The position numbers and the translations under genes are program-made. Of a stretch of 64,000 nt of DNA, positions 1-11,784 are shown in pieces. The notes beneath the pieces are model-generated. The model searched no databases, was not told the DNA's origin, and saw nothing but the letters and a program-made list of their open reading frames with translations. Within the stretch, counting starts at the first letter, position 1; each line of letters begins with the position of its first letter. Source of the stretch: Octopus vulgaris. Its lineage: Eukaryota. Location of the stretch: assembly GCA_951406725.2 (NCBI GenBank), contig OX597829.1, forward strand, positions 53,816,001 through 53,880,000, in the 5' to 3' direction.

Positions 1-668
1 GATAGACCGAGCCTCAATAGAAAACACGAATGGAACAATAATACCTCCCACCACACCACATGACTAAAGACAGATAGGAAGAAGAGAGAGAGAGAGAGAG
101 AGAAAATAAATCGTAAATAACACACAGATACATACAGAGTAATACACACAATAGACATACATGCACTTACCCGTGATACATATTAGAAATAGAGAGAGAT
201 AAATAAATAAATATATTTGTCACATACCTGTGACATGTAAAAAATAGAGATAGATAAAATATATAAATGTATAAATCTATATAAAAGGCACGGACACAGA
301 CAACATACGAAGCGAACCCATACACACAAGAAATTTCACAAACGGCCACAACAATATCAACTACACGAATAACAACGACAGCAGCAGCGGCAGTGGCAAC
401 GATGGCAATGACAACAACAACTACCATGATGGCAATACGCGAGGCGAACACAGAGGGATTCAGGAACTATACCAAATTTTCGGGTCTTAGGACAACAGCA
501 GCACAATGGAGCTGAGGGGAAGGACATACTGCTGCTAAGAACAGTGACACACACACATACATACGCACGCACACAAACACGGATGCAAACGCATGCCCAC
601 TTAAGGATATACATCATAGAAGAACAGAATGGAGTAAGTGGAGCAAGAGCACACGCAAAAACGAAAAG

Positions 669-712
669 TGTCACTGAAGAGGTCACAGATGTGTGACGAA
701 AGATTTCCGGAC
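669..712 (+). ncRNA. hammerhead-ribozyme-like motif
   Basis: CTGAAGA-G-GTCACA(gatg)TGTGAC-GAAA-GATT-TC; perfect 6-bp stem II, stem I poorly paired. Confidence 0.55.
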
Positions 713-829
713 GAGTTAAAATTAAGAAAAAAGAAGAACAGTAATGAATGAGTGAAGAACAAATATATATAGTGTGTGTTTATTTGGTACGTCATGAAAA
801 CAAAAGTAAAAAAATAAAATTAATTTTTT

Positions 830-1240
830 TTGGATCTTTTCCTTTTGAACGGCATCTCGTAACATAATTTCTAGGTAACTAAAAAGTTTTAAACTTCGTA
901 TACTGGTAGAATATGTTTATAAACATCATTTTCTCTTGGCTTTATTGAGAAAATTCTATAGGTTGTAACATATTTCGTCTAAAATTTCTTGCATTTCGGC
1001 AATTGTAACCAATCAATTACCTCCATTGACGTAAATAACATTCTGTGCATAATGAATATGTCCCTCGTTTAAGAAACAGATTAGGTTTATTTACATTTGT
1101 GAAGAACAAAGATACCCTTCCCTCACCCCTAACCCTAACCCTAACTCTAACTCTAACTCTAAATCTAAAATAGATTGAAATGCAATAGATCGATTCTAGG
1201 GTTATAATTATGGGTGACAATTTCATACGACACCGCTACG
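830..1240. mobile_element. non-autonomous interspersed repeat with internal (CCCTAA)n-like tract, Helentron/HINE-like
   Basis: internal ccctaa/ctctaa array at about 1127-1166; diverged inverted copy of the left part near 41700-41900; superfamily is inference. Confidence 0.4.
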
Positions 1241-1327
1241 GGAAAATGGGATTTTTTTCTAGAAAGGGACACAGAAAAAACAAGGAGAGAAAAAAAATGT
1301 GTGTAGTGGCTAACGATCTATCATGGC

Positions 1328-1389
<62 letters not shown>

Positions 1390-1398
<9 letters not shown>

Positions 1399-1600
1399 TC
1401 TGTGTTTGTCCCCCCCTCCAATATCACTTGACAACCGATGCTGGTGTGTTTATGTCCCCGTAACTTAGCGCTTCGGCAAAAAAGACTGATAGAATAAGTA
1501 CTAGGTTTACAAAGAATAAGTCCTGGGCTTGATTTGCTCGACTGAAGGCGGTGCTCCAGCATAGCCGCAGTCAAATGACTGAAACAAGTAAAAGAGAGAG
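1390..1600 (+). mobile_element. SINE family A, 3' half
   Basis: matches the 3' half of full copies at 2911-3309 and 45185-45588. Confidence 0.85.
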
Positions 1601-2043
1601 ATTCAACAACACGTTTAATCCTTTCACTTTTGATGTTTATTAATTTTTCATTTCTTTTTAATCGAGGGTTAAGTAATTTTTTAGTTGTGGGGAGATAACC
1701 CAATTTTTTAATGGGGTGAGATAACCAAAAAGTACCCAAATTTCTATCGAGAATTACGTTTGCTTCGACAAATTCACTCGCATTCACACATATAATTAAA
1801 TATATATGAAATTAAATGTGACACTCTTTTGTTTTCACCTAACATATATACACGTTCAATTTTTCTTTCTTTCATTTTAGTCCATGCTTGCCTTTTCTGA
1901 GACTTTTTCCAAGCAAAGGATAACACATTCAGCCACGCGCGCGCGTATGCACGAACGCATACGCAAATGTATACGCATCACATGCATCGATGTATGTGTA
2001 CATATGCGTGTGTATGTATGTGCGTATGAATGTATATTGTATG

Positions 2044-2116
<73 letters not shown>

Positions 2117-2425
2117 TGTGTGTATTATTGGTAATGATAAGAACAGATTTTTCGCATCCATCATTATATTTAACAGTTATTCACAGCATCCTTTTCTGAA
2201 CCAATATACATGTGTGTGTGTGTGTGTGTGTGTGTGCGTGCGTGTGCGCGCGAGTGTGCGTGTGCGTGTGTGCGCGCGCGCGCGTGCGTGCGTGTGTGTG
2301 TGGTTGTATGTAAAGTTTGCTGATCAGCTACGCTATATAAACCGGCCGACCAAAGCCTTGTAAATAGATTTGGTAGACTGAAACAGAAAGAAGCCTGTCG
2401 TGTGTATATCCATGTGTGTGTATGA

Positions 2426-2457
<32 letters not shown>

Positions 2458-2532
2458 ATATATCCGCGTGTGTATCTTTGTGCATGTGTTAGTGCTACAC
2501 TTCGTCCACCATTTGGGTTGTTTATGGGTTAA

Positions 2533-3484
2533 TATACAGTTCAAGACCCGGCCACGAAAACAAAAAAAAGCACCTACAAAAAAGTCTACCAGTTGTAAAA
2601 ATAAGGAAAACAAAAATTTGCGGAAATGAACGGGGTAGTGGTCAGGAGAGGACTTTCGGAAAATTCGCAAGATCCGATTTTCCTCTCATAACTTTAAGGA
2701 AAATGGATATACATTTATGAAATTTTTTAAAAGAAATACCGTTCAAATGGCACAACTCACGATGATAAAGAAATTTCTGGGGAAAATGTTTTCCTTAGGG
2801 GTGGTGAGAAAATTTCGGAAAATTCACACGATTCGATTTTTTTCCTTCATATCATTCAGGAAAATGGATATTTTAAAATGAAGTTTTACAGAAACGCATT
2901 TCAAACTGCAAAGATGGCTGTGTGGTAAGTAGCTTGCTAACCAACCACATGGTTCCGGGTTCAGTCCCACTGTGTGGCATCTTGGGCAAGTGTCTTCTGC
3001 TATAGCCCCGGGCCGACCAATGCCTTGTGAGTGGATTTGGTAGACGGAAACTGAAAGAAGCCTGTCGGATATATGTATATATATATATATGTATGTGTGT
3101 GTGTTTGTGTGTCTGTGTTTGTCCCCTAGCATTGCTTGACAACCGATTCTGGTGTGTTTATGTCCCTGTCACTTAGCGGTTCGGCAAAAGAGACCGATAG
3201 AATAAGTACTGGGCTTACAAAGAATAAGTCCCGGGGTCGATTTGCTCGACTAAAGGCGGTGCTCCAGCATGGCCGCAGTCAAATAACTGAAACAAGTAAA
3301 AGAGTAAATATTTTCCTGAAAGTTATGAGGGAAAAAATCGGGTTGTGTGAATTTTCCGAAAGTCCTCTCCCCGTCCAGCCTCATTCGTTTGCTCAAATTT
3401 TTATTTTCATATTCCCTTTCTACACATATTTTACACTTAGTAGGAGGCTGGGTTGTTTTTCGTGACCGGATCTTAAACTGTATC
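2533..3484. mobile_element. long-TIR non-autonomous DNA transposon flanked by TTAA, interrupted by a SINE A
   Basis: 2533-2704 and 3310-3484 are diverged inverted copies (tacagttcaagacccggccacgaaaa / tttttcgtgaccggatcttaaactgtatc); TTAA at 2529-2532 and 3485-3488; Kolobok-like by inference. Confidence 0.6.
2911..3309 (+). mobile_element. SINE family A (tRNA-like head, internal TA/TG microsatellite), near full length
   Basis: A-box-like TGGCTGTGTGG, B-box-like GGTTCAGTCCC; many copies in window; tail gcggtgctccagcatggccgcag...gaaacaagtaaaagag. Confidence 0.9.
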
Positions 3485-3524
3485 TTAATTAACCTGTTCA
3501 TGTCCTCCGTAACGTAGCGGTGCG

Positions 3525-3557
<33 letters not shown>

Positions 3558-3579
3558 CACACACACACACACATACACA

Positions 3580-3618
<39 letters not shown>

Positions 3619-3772
3619 GCGCGCGCACACAAACACATGTTCAGGCGTGGACACACTTTGGGCAAGTGCCTTCAACCAAATTCGTTCGAGTATGTTTGGT
3701 AGACGGAAAGCTAAAGAAACCCACTGTGCGTATAGATGTATGACTGCATTTATGTATATAGATCGGCATGTG

Positions 3773-3815
<43 letters not shown>

Positions 3816-3894
3816 GGCCAATCAAACAAGTCCATTTTTTAAAGGTGTAGCGTTTGTAATAGTCTGGATAGAATCCACATATCGGTTCCATTCT

Positions 3895-3973
3895 AGCAAA
3901 AACTGTCCGACGAACGGCAACGGGAAACTCAGAGTAACAGGTTTCGTTGAATTTTCTGCTGCTTTAAATAAAG

Positions 3974-3975
<2 letters not shown>
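3895..3975 (+). ncRNA. short repeat with hammerhead-like motif (CCGACGA core), copy 1
   Basis: CTGT-CCGACGA-ACG(gcaa)CGG-GAAA-CTCAGAG-TA-ACAG; near-identical to 5741-5825. Confidence 0.55.
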
Positions 3976-4004
<29 letters not shown>

Positions 4005-4044
4005 ATGTGTGTGTGTGTGTATGTGTGTGTGTGTGTGTGTGTGT

Positions 4045-4809
4045 CAGAGGCGCAATCAGTGCGAGACCTGGGCATTTACATGAGTGATGATGCAACCTTT
4101 CATGTGCATGTTGCTAAATTGGCAATGAAATGTACGTGGCTGACCGGGTAGATTCTTAGAACTTTTAGAACAAGAGACCAGGAAACCATGCTAAGCCACT
4201 TTGACTATTGCTCTCAGCTATGGTCACCAACCAGTGTCAAATTAATCTCAGAACTTGAGACAATCCAACGAAGCTACACGAAGAATATAGCCTCTATGCA
4301 GCATATAAGCTATTGGGAAAGACTCAAGAGATTAAGACTCTATTCCTTAGAGCGTAGGCGAAAAAGATATGCCATAATATACATCTGGAAGATCCTAGAA
4401 GGACTTGTCCTAAACTTTGGCATCGAGAGTTACACAATTACTAGAACTGGACGCCACTGCATAGTGCCAAGGACTCCAAATTAGCCATCAAGATGTAGGA
4501 CAAGATACTGCAATAGCCTGGGCTTCAGAGGTCCCCAGCTCTTCAATATCCTCCCAAAGGACCCGAGAGACCTGCATGGGGTGGATGTAGGTGTCTTTAA
4601 AATAAAACTGGACCTCTTCCTGTCAGGTGTCCCAGATGAACCAACTTCGCGGCAGGCGGTGCAGATAAGGGCAGCTGCATCAAACTCTCTCATGCACCAA
4701 ATGTTAATTGCTAAAAAGCATTCGTGAAGTAAAATTATGTAGTAACACCAAATAGCGGTGCTCCAGCATGGCCACAGCTCGTGAGCTGAAAGTAGATGAA
4801 ATTAAAAAA

Positions 4810-4810
<1 letters not shown>
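4045..4810 (+). mobile_element. CR1/L2-group LINE, 3' end of RT ORF plus 3' UTR, decayed
   Basis: VRDLGIYMSDD, HFDYCSQLWSP, SYWERLKRLRLYSLERRR, IYIWKIL; in-frame stops; sits between TG and TA microsatellites. Confidence 0.85.
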
Positions 4811-4861
<51 letters not shown>

Positions 4862-4867
<6 letters not shown>

Positions 4868-5705
4868 TACATATGTGGGTAATTCTGTCTGTGTGTGTGT
4901 TTGTTTGTGGAGTTGTTAGCTAACTTCTCCTACATCGTTTTATCGATTTTGATGAAACTTGACATTTGAGTAGAACTCATGTCTGAAACCTCATGGCATA
5001 CTCAGATTGTTGAAAAAAATTCGATAATAGGGCCTCTGGAAGGGATCCTTATATATAACCAAGGGAAATAACCCACTTATTTCCCTAAATCATTTGGTAA
5101 AAGTGAAACTGAGTATGCTTGTTTCTTTGTATTTGAACTGTTAGAGTTATTTTCACAATTTATCCAGTACAACCCTTAAACAAGTAAATAGTATTTTCCT
5201 AAACAATAGATCCACTTATTTTGGTTAGTGACTTATTCACGAATATACCAGCACTAGTGCCCCTGAAGGTAATATTCTCAGGGAACGCACAAAAGCCCTT
5301 TTCAGAGTTATTTACTTTGAATTGTTATTATCTCGTATCTAATTAGATCCTAGCCTGTTATTATGTAACATGCTTCACGATTTTAGTATACATACCTTAT
5401 TAGTATTTCCTCCGGTGTTCTATACACTCTGGGAATGCATTAAAGCCCTTTTCGAGGCTACATTATCGGGTAACTAATTTCATGTTATTGCATAATTGAC
5501 TTCACAATTTGGGTATTCATAACTTATTGGGAATTCCTAAAAACAAGATCCTGTGTAAGACAGTTTGGTATTCTATGTAAATGCATAAAACCGTTTTAAG
5601 GGCTACATACTTTGTATTGTCGTTACTGGATAAGTGAAACAATTACGAGAATGAAACCAAGGGATAAGCCTCGCTTTCCCAGAAATTACCGGATACGTCA
5701 GCTAG
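4862..5705 (+). mobile_element. non-autonomous Helitron-like element
   Basis: 5' tctgtctgtgtgtttgttt tract and atcgattttgatgaaactt motif; 3' decayed hairpin then CTAG|T (5702-5706); internal subrepeats. Confidence 0.5.
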
Positions 5706-5740
5706 TATATGTACATGTATATGTATATGTATATATATAT

Positions 5741-5825
5741 AGCAAAAACTGTCCGACGAACGGGAACGTGAAACTCAGAGTAACAGGTTTTGTTGAATTA
5801 TTCTGCTGCTTTTAAATAAAGTATA
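5741..5825 (+). ncRNA. short repeat with hammerhead-like motif (CCGACGA core), copy 2
   Basis: CTGT-CCGACGA-ACG(ggaa)CGT-GAAA-CTCAGAG-TA-ACAG; all three stems pair; embedded in (TA)n. Confidence 0.65.
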
Positions 5826-5877
5826 TATATATATATGAAAGAAGGTTTGAAAATGCAATTTTAAAAGATGTTTATTC

Positions 5878-5919
5878 ACTCGACTGGTTTCACTTTTTTA
5901 GAAAAAGATTGTCAATAGT
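5878..5919 (-). ncRNA. hammerhead-like motif, U3-A8 core variant
   Basis: minus strand ACTA-TTGACAA-T-CTTTTT(cta)AAAAAG-T-GAAA-CCAG-TC-GAGT. Confidence 0.5.
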
Positions 5920-6039
5920 AAAATGTAAAAGCTTTGTAATAGCTTTGTTGTGTTAAGTACTGGTTGTCACAATATATTACAATGCATATATACATTCTTT
6001 GATAACAATAATAAGAAAATGTTAAAAAAACCTCACACT

Positions 6040-6273
6040 AGAGCAGAAACCCACACACACTTGCAAGAAAAAAACACATACATATATACACTTGCAATAT
6101 GATTCTAGCAGCCATAACCAACACTCACACATATGTAAACACGGACATGCACACACCTACACACACCACCCCGAAGTTACAAATCACATTCACACAAACA
6201 CACTCACACGTACACAGATACACAAACAAACACACAACTACAACACAACTCACACAAACACACACGCATTTAT

Positions 6274-6308
<35 letters not shown>

Positions 6309-6845
6309 ACGCCCGCACCCCAGTAATAAAATCACACACAAACACACACTGAAAAGAAAGAAAAAACACTCATACACTCACAATACAATCCCAACAACCA
6401 CAACAAACATACATGCACACACACACAATGACACACACCTCCCCGACAAATACAAGACAGATAGACACACTCACACAAACACACCTTCTGAACTAACAAT
6501 ACAAACAAAACAAATCACTCACAAAGGCAGCACACACATGTGCACACACACACACACACCCGGAAACTACATAAACCATACCCACATATATTCACACACG
6601 CACAAGCGCATACTCAATACCAACACACGCAAAACGCATACGCACACACATACACACCACCCAGATAAACCCAACACACATGGACACACAGAACCCCTGA
6701 TATATACAACACACTAACACACACATCCACATCCATACATACCCCCACACACATACATATGCACCCTCACACACACACATACGGTTGCTCACATACACAC
6801 ACCACAAGGACAATTAAAACACAAACATACTCAGACAGACACATT
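6040..6845. repeat. degenerate (CA)n-rich low-complexity tract
   Basis: about 800 bp dominated by CA/ACA units. Confidence 0.85.
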
Positions 6846-6903
6846 TTCAAACCTTCTTTCATATATATTTCCACTCGTGCGGTACCTTACCACTTCACTT
6901 TGT

Positions 6904-6937
<34 letters not shown>

Positions 6938-6942
<5 letters not shown>

Positions 6943-7501
6943 TAAAGTTTGATAAGGCTGGTTTATCGGATTACTTTAGGGTTCACGTCCATAAAGGGCT
7001 TAGTTTTATGACGTCTCCTCAGATAATACATACTGCTCTATAACTTAGAGTGTACTCTTTTGGGGGGGATTTTTGTTTACGGACAATCAAGCATAATCTT
7101 TCTTTCTTGGCTCGACTGCCAGCCACAAAGCACCTCTTATATTCCTGTCTCATGGCTTTCATCTCTTATGCCTATCTCCTGTGTTCCTGCCTCAAGGCTT
7201 TCACTCGACACACACCAGCTCAACTTGATTTGTCTTTATTGGTCGAAAGACACCTGTTGTTATTTTGTTGTTGTTGGTATTTGTAATTGTGTAACATTTT
7301 TTTGCGTTTTTTATTTTTTGTCGTTGTTGTCATACACATTCACTCTCAAAACATTTAATACTCTTAGCTTAGATTTTTGGGGCCAGCCTAATTTGAAGGC
7401 TGCGAATGACCCGTCCTTGTTTTTTCCTGTCCGGCTTTGTATCGTCTATCTGTCGGGATGTTTTATTGTCGTCTGTTGCGCGATCTTGTTCCATTTTTGG
7501 G

Positions 7502-7505
<4 letters not shown>
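6938..7505 (-). mobile_element. Penelope-like pseudo-LTR remnant with decayed hammerhead-like motif (6968-7025)
   Basis: 6940-7025 homologous to 34741-34830; flanked by (TA)n on both sides. Confidence 0.5.
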
Positions 7506-7539
<34 letters not shown>

Positions 7540-7541
<2 letters not shown>

Positions 7542-8060
7542 TGTCCAACCTTCCCTTGAGCACATCCCTTATGTTCAAGGGAAGGTTGGACAGGACCACC
7601 CGCGCCAACCTCATTAACAGTGCAGTTCTGCCTGCAATGTTATATGGTAGTGAAACATGGGCTACCACAAAGAGAGAAGAGCAAAGACTGGTAACGGCTC
7701 AAATAGCAATGGAAAGGTCAATGCTTGGTATCTCGTTGAGAGAGTACATCTGTAGCGAGATCATCAGAAAGAAGTCCGGCGTGAGAGATGTCATCGCAGA
7801 GTATACACGCAGCAAGTATAGATGGGCTGGACACGTCGCCCGGCTCACCGATAATCGGTGGACGCACGCAGTTGTCGAGTGGTACCCACGTGAGCGGAAA
7901 AGACCACCCGGAAGACCTCCACGACGGTGGGGTTACGATTTCAGGAGGACGATTGGGATCACGTGGATGAGAAAGACGTGATCCAGAGAGGAGTGGACAG
8001 CGTGCTGTGACCACGGTGTCAAATGGACGCCTGACGGACTGGTCGGTCAAGGTGATCAAG

Positions 8061-8065
<5 letters not shown>
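7540..8065 (+). mobile_element. RTE-clade LINE, 5'-truncated 3' end
   Basis: VLPAMLYGSETW, RWAGHVAR, KRPPGRPPRRW; tail (CAAGGTGAT)2; inserted in (TA)n. Confidence 0.9.
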
Positions 8066-8125
<60 letters not shown>

Positions 8126-8379
8126 TTATATATATATGGGCTCCACTCTCCTCCCCTATCCTCTCTTCCTCTCACACCTACTTCCTCCCACCCACCTCTC
8201 CTCTCTTCTCTTGACTCCTACTCACCTTCTTCCCCTCTCCCTTCCTTGTCACTACTCCCTCGTAACCCCACACCTACACAATCCAACTCAACCTTCCCTA
8301 TCGATCCTATCCCACCCCATTCCTTACACCCACTCAAACATACCCTCACCTCTACCCTCTCTCAGCCAAACCCACACTC

Positions 8380-8491
8380 CATATACATATATACATACAT
8401 ATATACATACATACATACATACATACATACACACATATACATACATACATACACACATATACATACATACATACATACATACATACATACA

Positions 8492-8521
<30 letters not shown>
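8380..8521. repeat. (TACA)n microsatellite
   Basis: direct reading. Confidence 0.95.
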
Positions 8522-8522
<1 letters not shown>

Positions 8523-8524
8523 TC

Positions 8525-10680
8525 GAAAGTAGCCGATAACATAGCCTTGGCCGCCGTTGTGTCCACTTCTCTGATTGGTTGATATTGGTGCAGTATGCAG
8601 CGTATAACCAACCGGCGCCCCTAAATAAGATCACGTGAGACAGTCTGTTCTCAACCCGTTTGTACCTACTGTTCCTTATAAAAACTCACTCTCTCCTCGT
8701 CTCAAAGTCTTTGGTCCCAGACCTTTTAAGGTCTAGCCACTGACCACGCAAGACACAGCCAGTTCAGCGACAATGCCAGACGACCCGTCAAGCAGCATTA
8801 CGAATCTCCGTCTTCCTCGCCGCCATCATTTTCTTAACGTTTTCCACAGCATCTCTACGTACACTGCACAGGTTCCAACATAGCACTGTTTGCGAATTAC
8901 TTCACCACGGTTAACAGCGGATATACGACCTGCGAGAACTCCTGTACAAGTGACCCAGGCAGCAGCATTACAGCCACAACTTCATACGACATGTACCGCA
9001 ACTCCGGCTCCGCATATTCGACGCAACTTCTTGATACAGTATTTCAACTACCGTGTACAATTGATTACGAACTGGTACTCTCATTTCTTGTGTCTATGAA
9101 CATTCGTCTAACTTCTCATTATAGACTCTTTCACTGTCTCCTTCACACACAAGTTGACATATCAATAAAACATCTCTTGAACATTCTATACGGTTGTGTC
9201 TCTCTTTTTCTCACTGGCGAATTATATGTATTATACCAGCCTTCTGAACGGAGTCGTTATTAGATGGTTTCACCACGCTTCCATTACCATCTATAATGGT
9301 GACCCGATATAGAACACACATCACTACGACCATTTATACCGATCTTCTAGTAAAAGCTATCCACCTACAGGGTTCATCTGTCTCTCTTTTCTGGACTCGG
9401 TAGCTCTCTGTCTGATCACATCAGTGTATTGATGACGTTCTCTAGTATGCTCTAATGTTAGGTTTTTGTGTCACACAATATACCTCTTATACATCAATAA
9501 CTTACTTGCCGTCACCTCCAACAAATCCCATTCCTACGCAGTACATACCTGTCCTTCATTTCTTCTTAGTTTCTGCACTCAAGTGTCATCCACATGCAAC
9601 TTAGAAACTACACACTAAACCTGCACTGATTTCATGAACAAAAACATAGGAAGCATCCTCCAATTAGGTCATACCAATCTTGTTTCTTTCAGTAGCACAA
9701 ACATACAATCACTCTACATATCAAGGAAAGAAAATATCATGACCGCCTCAAAACGAAAAGCAAGCGGCTTAAACTAACAAGGCCTTTTCGCGGTGGCCTG
9801 AAGTATCCTTTGGTTTTACTACGGAATCCTGTATACCATGATATATGTTGCGTGTTCACTCGTGGAAGTAATAAAAGAAACGAACTTTAAAAATAACGGC
9901 GATGCTTTATTCCTCCGTAAAGTAGTACAATGGATTAAGACAGAAATATTACGAATTCTGGTGGTTGTAATTTATCCATCATTTGGATCATTCAGTTTGG
10001 GTCATCGTTGGTTACATGTGCTTCGTTATATTAATTTTACTCTGGTGAAAAACGGTAGGAAATCAACATAATTTGCCTCCCTGAAAATCACTCATTCCTC
10101 TGGTCTCACTAATTTATGGGAAAAGGTAGCCTCCAGAACAGATACTGATTAATTGTTTGAGAATGTATAAGGCGAAACGTGATTGGATCTTCGATCCCAA
10201 TCCCACGCAATACTCAACCAATCGCAATACAGATCTCTACCAATGTTCAAAGCTCACATGATAGGTAAAACGACCAATCATTACAGATTAATGTGCTGAG
10301 CCTATAAAAGGCTGATTGTCTTCAATATGCTGCAATAGAAATTGGTTTCGGTACAGCCTCACTATCACTCGGGTTCACTCTTGGGAAAGTAAACATCTTC
10401 GACATTGCATAACTGCCTCACAAATACTTAATCTTTTTCTCCAGGACCAGAAAATGCTTCAGTCTACAACAAATACTAACCTCCTACAAATCATAGATGA
10501 CATCCACGACGAAATCCTGCTCCCACATCTGAAATGGAGCCGCTGCTAAACATACAAGCACACTTAACCACAACGAAAAAACACATAGAAATAGGATGTG
10601 CAACTGAGATAATATATGTCGAAAATGGAGTGTGCAGTATGGTCATCATGGTCTATCCGGAACAACAGACCTCTTGATTA
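8525..10680 (+). mobile_element. decayed Gypsy-type LTR retrotransposon: LTR-like segment about 8525-9296, PBS 9297-9307, degraded internal region
   Basis: TATAAAA near 8677, AATAAA near 9164, TGGTGACCCGA PBS-like motif, faint gag-like LFWTR*LSV*SHQ; no second LTR seen. Confidence 0.5.
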
Positions 10681-10689
10681 AGCTTAGTG

Positions 10690-10994
10690 CAGTGGTTCTC
10701 AACTGGGTTCCATATTGGCCCCTGAGGGTCCATATAAAATTTTTGGGGGTCCATGCAACAAATTTTGCTTTAGACGTATGTATTGGTATTTATTGCAAGA
10801 AACAGCTGGGTTTCTTTCTCTGACATTTTACATAATTCAACCGACACATGTTGATGGGTGAAAAACAAAATAGGAATTTTGGAAGAGGTTTCTATAAAAC
10901 TAGTTTTTAAACATCGAATGGCTGTGGGGGTCCACCAGAATAGAATAGTAATCAAAGGGGTCCAGAGATGAAAAAAAATGGTAGAGAAGCCCTG
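10690..10994. mobile_element. hAT-type MITE with perfect 8-bp TSD
   Basis: TIRs CAGTGGTTCTCAAC / GTAGAGAAGCCCTG; TSD GCTTAGTG at 10682-10689 and 10995-11002. Confidence 0.9.
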
Positions 10995-11451
10995 GCTTAG
11001 TGGTTCGGTCGCCCACCTACCTGCTTGCAGACCGTTATTAATTCCTAAATTTCTGCTTGAATTCATCTGCTGTACAGTTTTCTCTACCACATCAAAGTTT
11101 TGTTATTCGTCCAATTTCACCTCCACATATTTCTTGTCTCTAGTTTCAGCCCAGAGCTGCGGCCATGCTGATGCACCGCCGTATTTCTGAACTGCTGAAA
11201 AAAATTTTCTCACATAGATCTTTCACTGCCGAACAAACCTTCTGAAATGTTCTTCTCAAGATACTTGAATATAAATAAATCTGTTGGTAAAAATGGTTCA
11301 TCCATCAGCAGATTTCTAGGAATTGTGAACCGTAAGCCGCCCTTACTGATTCATAGAACGACTACTAATAGTCTAAACCTGCATTTGCTGTTTTCGATCG
11401 GCAGGTCCTCGTTTAAATTCAGAAGCTTGTAGTTTTCCACAGGTCTCTTCT

Positions 11452-11585
11452 TGTAGTAGTAGTAGTAGTAGTAGCAGTAGCAGTACTCCAGTAGTAGTAG
11501 CAGTAGTAGTAGTAGTAGTAGTAGTAGCAGTAGCAGAAGTAGTAGTAGTAGCAGTAGTAGTAGTAGTAGTAGTAGCAGCAGCAGC

Positions 11586-11620
<35 letters not shown>

Positions 11621-11784
11621 CAGTAGTAGCAGCAGTAGTAGTAGCAGTAGTAGCAGCAGTAGTAGCAGTAGTAGTAGTAGCAGTAGTAGCAGTAGTAGTA
11701 GTAGCAGTAGTAGCAGTAGTAGTAGCAGTAGCAGTAGTAGCAGCAGTAGTAGTAGCAGCAGTAGCAGCGGCAGTAGTAGTAGTA
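11452..11784. repeat. compound (TAG)n/(CAG)n trinucleotide microsatellite
   Basis: about 330 bp of agt/agc units. Confidence 0.95.

Noticed and set aside
1127-1166. True interstitial telomere or fusion scar
   Set aside because: Only a few perfect units, inside an interspersed repeat
1210-8634. Many ORFs rich in YIYI, CVCV and THTH
   Set aside because: Translations of (TA)n, (TG)n, (CA)n and (TACA)n microsatellites and SINE bodies; no coding signal
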